Origin: Tidjanibacter sp.
GTDB taxonomy: Bacteria > Bacteroidota > Bacteroidia > Bacteroidales > Rikenellaceae
DNA: 64,000 nt
Assembly (NCBI GenBank): GCA_045596685.1
Contig: JAZOCT010000001.1
Span: 4,870 to 68,869, forward strand
Direction of reading: 5' to 3'
In this document: positions 37,906-45,867 of the stretch, piece after piece
Layout of the letters: the number at the start of each line of letters is the position of its first letter
Numbering within the stretch: the stretch's first letter is position 1
Notes under the pieces: generated by a model
The model's database searches: none
Seen by the model: only the letters and a program-made list of their open reading frames with translations
What the model was told of the DNA's origin: nothing
Made by a program: the position numbers and the translations under genes

Positions 37906-38526
37906 TTAGTGATTAAACATAAAGCCGATATAGCACCTTATTCCGGAGGGAAAGTCGAACTCGGTGGCAGAGAGCGAAAACATATAGTCCGCCTTGAAGG
38001 TGAGTGACATACGCTCGGTGAGGCCATATTCAACGCCGGCAAAGGGGACAAGCACACCCACGCCATAGTTGCGATAGGAGATGTTAGCCTCGGGCAGAAT
38101 ATCCATCGCAGGTTCGGAGGAGAGGGTGAGATTTTCCACCACACCGCCACCAATGGTAGCGCCAATGTAGGGCAGAAATTTACCCACCTTAAAGGTGTAG
38201 TCCACCAGCAAGCCACCCCAACCAATGGAGAGCGACGAGCCCCATTCACCATAGCCAAGCGAGGAGGTGTAGCCCTCGGTGCCGACCCTCAAATGGTCGC
38301 CAAAGCGCACTTTAAGCGCACCACCAATACCCATAGGCACTCCCCGAAGTCTCTGTGCGGGCGCAAGGCCAACTACCATATCGCCCCTCTGCACCCAACC
38401 TGCGTGGAGCATCATACCGCCCGAGAAACCCTTGTAGGCCAGAGGATTAGAACCAGACCCACCCGCAGCCACAACGGACTGCACAAAGGCCACAAGGACC
38501 AAGAGAATTGTCGAAATTTTTTTCAT
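37906..38526 (-). CDS. outer-membrane beta-barrel protein
   Basis: 206 aa, with a signal peptide, Gly/aromatic strand periodicity and a C-terminal F..H. Confidence 0.55.
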   Translation of the reverse strand: MKKISTILLVLVAFVQSVVAAGGSGSNPLAYKGFSGGMMLHAGWVQRGDMVVGLAPAQRLRGVPMGIGGALKVRFGDHLRVGTEGYTSSLGYGEWGSSLSIGWGGLLVDYTFKVGKFLPYIGATIGGGVVENLTLSSEPAMDILPEANISYRNYGVGVLVPFAGVEYGLTERMSLTFKADYMFSLSATEFDFPSGIRCYIGFMFNH

Positions 38527-38552
38527 ATCATTATAGCGTAAAAAAATTTTCC

Positions 38553-38987
38553 TTAAATATTTAGGGTATTGGAGTCGTTAGACATTAGTCCCCTTATCAC
38601 AAACCTTGCCGAAGAGAGCAGTAGCATAGGCCCGAGGGCCGAGTAGAAGGATGCAATGAATGAGTTAGGAACACTCGGCACAAAACGTACAGCCATTCCC
38701 AAACACATCATAACCCCCAATAGTAACCAACCACGAGGTGTAAAGGTTTCGAGAACAGAGGCGCAAGGTGGAAGTGATTGAATGTGCGCCGAATAGCGTG
38801 CAACTACGCGACGAAACATAAAGAAAAATCCCGCCATCACAACAGCCGTCACGAGCAGATGCCACCACAGAGCACCTTCGAATACAAGCCCATAGGCCCT
38901 TATGCCTTTGAGCGTAATTCCCACACCCGGGCCTCCCCAAATAATCGCTGCCACCACAAACAGCCATCTACGCCCCACTTTCATCAC
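38553..38987 (-). CDS. small integral membrane protein
   Basis: 144 aa with four predicted hydrophobic helices. It overlaps the upstream small ORF by 4 nt. Confidence 0.55.
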   Translation of the reverse strand: MMKVGRRWLFVVAAIIWGGPGVGITLKGIRAYGLVFEGALWWHLLVTAVVMAGFFFMFRRVVARYSAHIQSLPPCASVLETFTPRGWLLLGVMMCLGMAVRFVPSVPNSFIASFYSALGPMLLLSSARFVIRGLMSNDSNTLNI

Positions 38988-39187
38988 TTTGGGGCGTACT
39001 TGGTAAAACGATACTTCTCCCTCAGGGCCTCTTGCTCCTCGGTCGTAAGCGAGGTGAAATATGCTTTCCAGCCCGGACAGAAGTTAATGTGCCAACGCCA
39101 AAAACGCCCCATTAGCGAGCGTGGCGACTGCTCCCACTTTGCCCTCAGAGGGCAAGAGGAGCATTTGTAAGTTTGGGTTTTCTCCAT
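38984..39187 (-). CDS. hypothetical 67-aa Cys-containing protein
   Basis: CSSCP...FCPGW. It lies 2 nt after the marR-family gene and overlaps the next gene, an operon-like packing. Confidence 0.45.
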   Translation of the reverse strand: MEKTQTYKCSSCPLRAKWEQSPRSLMGRFWRWHINFCPGWKAYFTSLTTEEQEALREKYRFTKYAPK

Positions 39188-39189
39188 TG

Positions 39190-39624
39190 TTATTTGTTGC
39201 TTTTGAATGAGTTAAGTAGTTTTCCGAGCAGTGAGTAGAGTTGCACCATATCCTCGCCCGCAAGGCTTACGCACTGCGCCACACGCCCAGGCACATCTTG
39301 TGCCCTCTCCTGCAACTCTTCGCCCTCGGGAGTGATGGTAACAACAACCCTGCGCTCATCGCTCCTACTACGCTCCCTTGTGAGCCAACCTCGCTGCTCC
39401 ATCTTTTTGAGCATCGGGGTCAGCGTACCCGAATCGAGGAAGAGCATATCACCCAACTCCTTGACACCTATGGAGTGGTGTTCCCAGAGTACCATCATCG
39501 CCACATATTGGGTGTATGTCAATCCCAGAGGTTCAAGGAAAGGAGTATAACTCCTAACCACCTCTTTGGCACACACATAGAGTGGAAAACAGAGTTGATT
39601 GGAGAGTTTCAGTTGTTCCTTCAT
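39190..39624 (-). CDS. MarR-family transcriptional regulator (OhrR-like)
   Basis: 144 aa with a winged-helix pattern: LTYTQYVAMMVLWEH...GTLTPMLKKMEQRGWLTRERS..DERRV. Confidence 0.8.
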   Translation of the reverse strand: MKEQLKLSNQLCFPLYVCAKEVVRSYTPFLEPLGLTYTQYVAMMVLWEHHSIGVKELGDMLFLDSGTLTPMLKKMEQRGWLTRERSRSDERRVVVTITPEGEELQERAQDVPGRVAQCVSLAGEDMVQLYSLLGKLLNSFKSNK

Positions 39625-40109
39625 AGTAGTTTTTCAATATCGTTAGCAATCTTCTCGGGGCGCTTGGTAGAACCATAACGGGCCACAACCTCCCCCTCGC
39701 GTGAGATGAGGAACTTCTCAAAGTTCCACTTAATCTTCGAGCCCAATAGTCCTCCACTCTTCCGCTCTTTGAGGAATGTGAACAGCGGCTCCGCCTTGTC
39801 GCCATTCACATCGACCTTCGCAAAGAGCCTAAATGTGGTCTTATATTTGAGTGTGCAGAAATTCTGAATCTCATCTTCACTACCAGGTGCCTGATGACCA
39901 AATTGGTTGCAGGGGAAGTCGAGAATCTCCAATCCGCGCTCCTTGTAGCGCTCATAGAGCTCTTGCAGGGCCTTGTATTGGGGCGTAAAACCACACTCGG
40001 TGGCAGTGTTCACCACAAGCACCACCTTACCCTTATAGTCCGCCATCGACACCTCTTCGCCCTTGACATCCTTAACCTTGAAATCGTAAATACTCATCGC
40101 TTTCTCCAT
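39621..40109 (-). CDS. glutathione peroxidase
   Basis: 162 aa. VVNTATECGFTPQY contains the catalytic Cys, and FPCNQFGHQ and WNFEKFL are also present. Confidence 0.9.
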   Translation of the reverse strand: MEKAMSIYDFKVKDVKGEEVSMADYKGKVVLVVNTATECGFTPQYKALQELYERYKERGLEILDFPCNQFGHQAPGSEDEIQNFCTLKYKTTFRLFAKVDVNGDKAEPLFTFLKERKSGGLLGSKIKWNFEKFLISREGEVVARYGSTKRPEKIANDIEKLL

Positions 40110-40138
40110 ACACTTATCTATTATATGTTTGTTTGCTA

Positions 40139-40267
40139 CACACTGATTATACGCTGATTATTCACTGATATATACCGGTTACACGCTGATTATACGCTGA
40201 TTATGCACTGATATATACCGGTTATGCACTGATTATGCACTGGTATATACCAGTTATATACTGACAA
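40139..40267. repeat. phased repeat array with 11-bp sub-repeats in three units of about 43 bp
   Basis: Units are RCRCTGATTAT x2, YCACTGATATA and TACCGGTTAY. The third unit contains the perfect palindrome ctggtatataccag (40239-40252). The array lies 30-160 nt upstream of the gpx ATG. Confidence 0.85.
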
Positions 40268-40307
40268 TTACCCGCTTTTTGATTGCATACAATTAAATTG
40301 CGCACCA

Positions 40308-40338
40308 CAAATATATAAAGAAATTTACAAATTGCAAA
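40308..40338 (-). promoter_or_regulatory. candidate promoter of the gpx-marR operon
   Basis: On the minus strand: TTTG (40338-40335), N19, then TATATTTG (40315-40308). This would put the phased array inside the 5' leader. Confidence 0.35.
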
Positions 40339-40377
40339 TTAAGGCCGGAAAAAACGTAGAGACTGTAAGTTGAGTGG

Positions 40378-40440
40378 GCGGTCAGCAGTCAGCGGTCAGC
40401 AGTCAGCCTTTTTTCGCGGGTATCTTTTTTAATACCCGCG
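40378..40440. repeat. (GTCAGCR)x4 heptamer array plus CGCGGGTAT-CTTTTTTA-ATACCCGCG hairpin
   Basis: gcggtcagcagtcagcggtcagcagtcagcc, then ttttttcgcgggtatcttttttaatacccgcg. The same hairpin recurs at 40811, 45684, 45783, 56802 and 57010. Confidence 0.9.
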
Positions 40441-40862
40441 CCCATTGGGGCGCACCATAGACCCGCACTTTACATCGTCGGCGGAGAAGCGACCTCCTTG
40501 TGAGGTCGTGGCGAGGGCGGAGGGCAAAAGCGTTAAAAAACAAAGACGGCAAATGCTTTGCCCGCGACAGCGTTTGTTTTAGGCTTTGCGCTCCGCACTC
40601 CCGCCAGAGATGTCGTGCGTGGCTTTTGCGCCACTTTTGCCACCAAAAGTGGCAAAGAAAAGCGGGCAACCAAGTTGCCCGCAACAAAGAGTGGTGGATG
40701 CCAACCGCCTCACTTGCAATGAGTCGTGGCAAGACGGATTTTACAGACCTCACCCCCGCTACGCGGACCCTCTCCTAACTTATGAGAGGGTTTTCCCCTT
40801 TTTTGTTCACAGGTATCTTTTTTAATACCCGCGAGGAACGGAAGGTTATTCCCCCTCTAAAT

Positions 40863-40950
40863 TAACGTGAGTTTTGCGAAAATGGCGCATCGCCAACTTG
40901 CTGTTAATAACGTGCTTACTATTGCGCCATTTTCGCGAAACTCACCTTAA
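40863..40950. repeat. 88-nt TIR element, copy B (inverted relative to copy A)
   Basis: taacgtgagttttgcgaaaatggcgca...tgcgccattttcgcgaaactcacctta. It overlaps the cysS stop codon. Confidence 0.85.
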
Positions 40951-42416
40951 ATCTGCTCCCACTCAACGGAGCCATCCTTGTTGTCCTTCACGCGGATGCC
41001 TATCTCGGAGAGGCGGTTACGGATAAGGTCGCTTGTGGCCCAATCCTTGTTGGCTTTGGCCGTGCGACGCACTTCGAGAATCATATCCATCAGAGGTGCT
41101 ATCTGGTCGGCACTCTCCTCGCTCTTCTCGTTTCTCAAACCAAGAATGTCAAAGACGTAGAGGTTCACAATCCTCCTCAACTCCGCGAGGTCGCCCTCGG
41201 AGATACTCTCCTTGCCATCGGCAAGCGAGTTGATGATACGCACCCAATCGAAGAGGGCCGAGATGACCATAGGCGACGAGAGGTCGTCGTTCATTGCATC
41301 CTCACAACGAGTTGCAAGGTCGGCAACATTGACACTCGAACTCTCGGAGGGTTTGATTTTGGCGAGGGTATCCACAGCCTTCATCAACCTGTCGTAGCCC
41401 TTCTCGGCGGCTTTCAAGGCCTCATTCGAGAAGTCGAGGGTGGAGCGGTAGTGTGCCTGCAAGATGAAGAAACGCACGGTCATAGGCGAGTAGGCCTGTT
41501 CGAGTTTGTTGTGGGTGCCGTTGAAGAGTTCTTCGAGGGTGATGAAGTTACCGAGCGATTTGCCCATCTTCTGACCACCAATGGTAATCATATTGTTGTG
41601 AATCCAATAGTGTGCCGAGTCGTTACCGAGTGAGGCGCACGATTGGGCAATCTCGCACTCGTGGTGGGGGAACATAAGGTCCATACCTCCACCGTGAATG
41701 TCGAACTGCTCACCGAGGTACTTGGTACTCATAGCCGTACACTCCAAGTGCCAGCCGGGGAAGCCGTCGCTCCAGGGTGAAGACCAGCGCATAATGTGCT
41801 CGGGCTGCGCCTTTTTCCAGAGGGCAAAGTCGTAGGAGTTGCGCTTGTCGCTCTGACCGTCAATCTCGCGGGTGCCTACGAGCACATCGTCGAGGTTGCG
41901 ACCCGAGAGTTTGCCGTAGTGGAATTTTTCGTTGTATTTGGTCACATCGAAATAGACGGAGCCGTTGCTTTCGTAGGCGTAGCCCGCATTGAGGATACGT
42001 TGCACGAGTTCAATCTGCTCAATGATGTGTCCGCTGGCGTGGGGCTCAATTGAGGGGGGTAGTACGCCCAACTTATCCATAAAGGTGTGGTAGCGGTTGG
42101 TGTAGTACTGTGCCACCTCCATAGGTTCGAGCCTTTCGAGCCTTGCTTTTTTGGTGATCTTGTCCTCACCCTCGTCGGCATCGTGTTCGAGGTGACCAAC
42201 ATCGGTGATGTTCCTGACGTAGCGCACCTTGTAGCCCAGAGCCTTCAAGTAGCGGAACAGAAGGTCGAAGGTGATGGCGGGGCGGGTGTGGCCCAAGTGG
42301 GGGTCGCCATAGACGGTGGGACCGCACACATACATACCAACGTGCTCGGGGTTGAGGGGGGTAAATACCTCTTTCCTGCGAGAAAGAGTGTTGTATAGCA
42401 TCAACTTTGTAGCCAT
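40947..42416 (-). CDS. cysS: cysteine--tRNA ligase
   Basis: 489 aa, with an HIGH-type motif (DPHLGH) and KMSKS-type motif KMGKS. Confidence 0.9.
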   Translation of the reverse strand: MATKLMLYNTLSRRKEVFTPLNPEHVGMYVCGPTVYGDPHLGHTRPAITFDLLFRYLKALGYKVRYVRNITDVGHLEHDADEGEDKITKKARLERLEPMEVAQYYTNRYHTFMDKLGVLPPSIEPHASGHIIEQIELVQRILNAGYAYESNGSVYFDVTKYNEKFHYGKLSGRNLDDVLVGTREIDGQSDKRNSYDFALWKKAQPEHIMRWSSPWSDGFPGWHLECTAMSTKYLGEQFDIHGGGMDLMFPHHECEIAQSCASLGNDSAHYWIHNNMITIGGQKMGKSLGNFITLEELFNGTHNKLEQAYSPMTVRFFILQAHYRSTLDFSNEALKAAEKGYDRLMKAVDTLAKIKPSESSSVNVADLATRCEDAMNDDLSSPMVISALFDWVRIINSLADGKESISEGDLAELRRIVNLYVFDILGLRNEKSEESADQIAPLMDMILEVRRTAKANKDWATSDLIRNRLSEIGIRVKDNKDGSVEWEQI

Positions 42417-42509
42417 AGTCTTATCTTTTATCGTTTATTGAGGTTGTAAAAATACTCATTATTTTCGTAACTTTGCAAAATATTTGGTGTAATAGAGAGT
42501 TATTTATCT

Positions 42510-45500
42510 ATGAAAACTTACAATAGAGTGAACAATCTGCTCGGATGGCTGACTTTTTTCATCTCGGCAGTGGTCTATATCCTCACCACCGAACCCTCGG
42601 CAAGTTTTTGGGATTGCGGTGAGTTCATCCCCACATCGTATAAGTTGGAGGTAGGGCATCCCCCGGGTGCTCCGCTCTTTATGATGATTGCCAACTTCTT
42701 CTCGCAATTTGCCTTTGGCAATGTCGAGAGGGTGGCATTTTGGGTCAATGTTATGTCGTGCGTGGCTGCGGCTGCGACCATTATGTTCCTCTTCTGGACC
42801 ATCACCCACATTGCACGACGTATGACAACGCGCAGGGAGGAGGTTCCTTCGAAGGCCAAAATGGTGGCTATTATGGGCGCAGGTTTGGTGGGCGCGCTCG
42901 CCTATACCTTCACCGACACCTTTTGGTTCTCGGCAGTGGAGGCGGAGGTCTATGCACTCTCGTCGCTGATGACGGCTGTTGTTGTGTGGGCGATACTTCG
43001 CTGGGAGGATGTCGCCGACCAAAAGGGCAATGAGCGCTGGCTCATCTTCATTGCCTATATGATGGGCCTCTCCATCGGTGTCCATATCCTCAACTTGCTG
43101 ACCATCCCCGCGTTGGTTTTTGTCTACTACTTCCGTAAAACAGAGAGCGTCACGGTGAAGGGTATTGTCTATTCGACCCTCATTAGCGGTGCGCTCATCC
43201 TCTTCCTAAACAGTATTGTTATTCCCTACACCACCCAATGTGGTGCGTGGTTTGACAGAGTATTGAACTCGATGGGGGTTCCTGTGAATGTAGGCTTTGC
43301 CATCTATGCCTTGTTGCTCTTTGTGGCACTCGGAGTGGGAGTGTGGTACACCCAAAAGAGGGGGCTCAAAATTGCCAATCTTGTGGTTACGGCCCTCACA
43401 GTAATCCTCATAGGTTACTCCTCCTACGCCTCGGTTATCATTCGCGCGGTGGCCAACCCGCCAATGAACTCCAACGACCCCGACAACCCCTACGCGCTCC
43501 TCTATCTCTTGAACCGTGAGCAGTATGAGTCGCAGCCCATCCTCTCGGGTGTCTCTTATGCGGCTCCCGTTACGGATGTCAAGTATCGCACCAAATACTA
43601 CGTCAATGATGAGGGAAAATATGTGGGCGAAAAGACCGTTGCCGGATATGAGTACCCCGACGAGTTCAAGATGCTCTTCCCCCGTATGTGGTCGAGTCAG
43701 GATAGGCACATTGAGGGCTACACCTCGTGGGGTCGTGTAAAGGGGCGTAAGGTGCGCTATGAGGGTGAAACCTATACGGTACCCACCTTTGGTGAGAACC
43801 TGCGCTACTTCTTCGACTACCAACTCAACTTTATGTATTGGCGCTACTTCCTCTGGAACTTCGTGGGTCGTCAGAGCGACAATCAGACGGTGGGTGAGAT
43901 TACCGATGGCAATTGGCTCTCGGGCATCAAACCCCTCGATGAGGCGATGCTCGGACCACAAGATAACCTCCCCGACGAGATGGCACATAACAAGGGGCGC
44001 AACCGCTACTACTTCCTACCCTTCATCCTGGGCTTGGTGGGACTATTGTGGCAGTTGGGCAAGAATCCACGCTACTTTACGGTGGTGATGTGGCTCTTTG
44101 TGATGATGGGTGTGGCTCTGGTGGTCTATTTCAACTCGCCCCCCGGAGAGCCACGCGAAAGGGATTATGTCTATGCCGGCTCCTTCTATGCCTTCTGTAT
44201 GTGGATAGGCTTTGGTGTGTTGGCGCTGGTGGAGTGGCTCGAAAAAGTCTTCAAAAAGGATAAGGTTGTACCCGCTGTGGTGGCAACGGTGGTGTGCCTT
44301 TCGGTTCCCACCATCCTCGCTGCCGAAAATTGGGACGACCACAACCGTAGCGGTAGGTATGTGATGCGCGATATGGGCTACAACTACCTCTCCTCCGTCC
44401 TGCCAAATTCCATAATTGTCAATTTTGGCGACAACGACACCTACCCGATGTGGTACAATCAGGAGGTGGAGGGCGTGCGTCCCGATGTTAGGATTATGAA
44501 CCAGAGTTACCTCGGTGGCGGTTGGTATATCGATGAGATGAAGCAGACCTACAACGAGAGTGCCCCCGTGCCCTTCTCCTTCCCCAAAGAGAAATATATG
44601 TATGCCAACGAGTACATCTTCGTGGAGGATGTGGTGGATTATCGTGTGGATTTGAAGCAGGCGATGGCAGTCGTCAGGAGCGAGAGCCCCGCAACCAAAC
44701 TCGCCTATTCCGAGGACCTTACCTTCGACTTCCTACCCCAACACAAACTCTCCCTGCCCGTCAATAAGGAGAATGTCTTGAAGGCGGGTATCGTCAAGCC
44801 CGAAGATGCCCACCTTATACTCGATAGCATCGAACTCAACATCACCAAAAACACCCTCGAAAAACCCGAGGTTATGATTCTTGATATGTTGGCCGAGTTG
44901 GATTGGAGCCGCCCCGTATACTTCGTGCAGCCCAACCTCCTGAAACACCTCGGAATCACCGACTACCTCCAATATGATGGCTACGCCTACCGCCTTGTGC
45001 CCATCCGCACACCTATGGAGAGTGTGGCAAATATCGGACGTATCGACACCGACTACCTCTACGACAATATTATGAACAAATACCGCTATGGTAATGTAAA
45101 GGATGAGAGTGTCTATATCGACAACTTCTCGCGCTACAACATCTCCTCCACACAGATTCGTGGCGGCTTTGCTCGCCTTGCCGAGGAGTTGGTCAAGGAG
45201 GGAAGGAGTGAGGATGCTGTGGCGGTGCTCGACAGAGGCGTGGAGGAGTTGCCCTTCTCGCAACTGCCTCACGGCTACCAATCGTTCCCCTACATTGATG
45301 CCTACTATATGGCGGGTGCTGTGGAGAAGGGTGACGCTTTGGCGCGCGATTTTGCACACAACATCACCCAGAAGTTGTACTACTATTTCACCTTCCCCGA
45401 TGCAAAACAACCCTTCGTAGAGGATACCCTCGTGGAGCAGTTCCAATACCTCGAACACCTCATCTACTCGGTGCTCCTGCCACATCAGCGCTATGAGTTG

Positions 45501-45659
45501 ATAAATGAGTTTGACCGCAGTTTGGAGATTGCCGAGTTGTTCTTCGGTATGACCCGCAACGAGGATGGACAACCCGAGGCTACGGTAGCACCCGTAAGTG
45601 ACCGTACAAGGGACGAATTTCTCAAAAGTATCGATGGATATTTTTTAATTGAGAATTAA
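42510..45659 (+). CDS. DUF2723-family large membrane protein (putative glycosyltransferase-like)
   Basis: 1049 aa. The N-terminus EPSASFWDCGEFIPTSYKLEVGHPPGAPLF is as I recall for DUF2723. It has multiple TM helices and a soluble C-terminal region. Confidence 0.6.
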   Translation: MKTYNRVNNLLGWLTFFISAVVYILTTEPSASFWDCGEFIPTSYKLEVGHPPGAPLFMMIANFFSQFAFGNVERVAFWVNVMSCVAAAATIMFLFWTITHIARRMTTRREEVPSKAKMVAIMGAGLVGALAYTFTDTFWFSAVEAEVYALSSLMTAVVVWAILRWEDVADQKGNERWLIFIAYMMGLSIGVHILNLLTIPALVFVYYFRKTESVTVKGIVYSTLISGALILFLNSIVIPYTTQCGAWFDRVLNSMGVPVNVGFAIYALLLFVALGVGVWYTQKRGLKIANLVVTALTVILIGYSSYASVIIRAVANPPMNSNDPDNPYALLYLLNREQYESQPILSGVSYAAPVTDVKYRTKYYVNDEGKYVGEKTVAGYEYPDEFKMLFPRMWSSQDRHIEGYTSWGRVKGRKVRYEGETYTVPTFGENLRYFFDYQLNFMYWRYFLWNFVGRQSDNQTVGEITDGNWLSGIKPLDEAMLGPQDNLPDEMAHNKGRNRYYFLPFILGLVGLLWQLGKNPRYFTVVMWLFVMMGVALVVYFNSPPGEPRERDYVYAGSFYAFCMWIGFGVLALVEWLEKVFKKDKVVPAVVATVVCLSVPTILAAENWDDHNRSGRYVMRDMGYNYLSSVLPNSIIVNFGDNDTYPMWYNQEVEGVRPDVRIMNQSYLGGGWYIDEMKQTYNESAPVPFSFPKEKYMYANEYIFVEDVVDYRVDLKQAMAVVRSESPATKLAYSEDLTFDFLPQHKLSLPVNKENVLKAGIVKPEDAHLILDSIELNITKNTLEKPEVMILDMLAELDWSRPVYFVQPNLLKHLGITDYLQYDGYAYRLVPIRTPMESVANIGRIDTDYLYDNIMNKYRYGNVKDESVYIDNFSRYNISSTQIRGGFARLAEELVKEGRSEDAVAVLDRGVEELPFSQLPHGYQSFPYIDAYYMAGAVEKGDALARDFAHNITQKLYYYFTFPDAKQPFVEDTLVEQFQYLEHLIYSVLLPHQRYELINEFDRSLEIAELFFGMTRNEDGQPEATVAPVSDRTRDEFLKSIDGYFLIEN

Positions 45660-45660
45660 G

Positions 45661-45810
45661 AGCAGTCAGCCCCCATTCGGTCACGGGTATTAAAAAAGAT
45701 ACCCGAGAGGAGAGTTCTGAATGCAAAATTCAAAATGCAAAATTCAAAATTATGGCAGTCAGCAGTTAGCTCCTTATTTCCTCGCGGGTATTAAAAAAAA
45801 GATACCCGAG
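45661..45810. repeat. repeat cluster: GTCAGC units, two GGGTAT hairpins (reverse orientation) and a 14-mer x2
   Basis: agcagtcagc...cgggtattaaaaaagatacccg (45684-45705). atgcaaaattcaaa x2 (45721-45748). ggcagtcagcagttagc...cgcgggtattaaaaaaaagatacccgag (45783-45810). Confidence 0.9.
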
Positions 45811-45867
45811 AGGGATTAAATTTACCTTGAAGCCTTTGAGGATTTTAATGTAATAAAACTTTGTAAC

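Noticed and set aside
40139-40267. Possible CRISPR array, considering this repeat and the other tandem repeats in the window.
   Set aside because: The repeats are contiguous with no unique spacers, the units are only 7-43 bp, and there are no cas genes in the window.
40403-40825. ORFs of 79-116 aa on both strands in the non-coding region between the gpx promoter and cysS.
   Set aside because: The region is a mosaic of hairpins and dispersed repeat modules. The ORFs overlap each other in different frames and are Arg/Cys/Trp-rich, so they are most likely non-coding.
42504-43085. 193-aa minus-strand ORF overlapping the start of the DUF2723 gene.
   Set aside because: It is antisense to a well-supported membrane protein N-terminus, and its His/Arg-rich composition is typical of a shadow frame.
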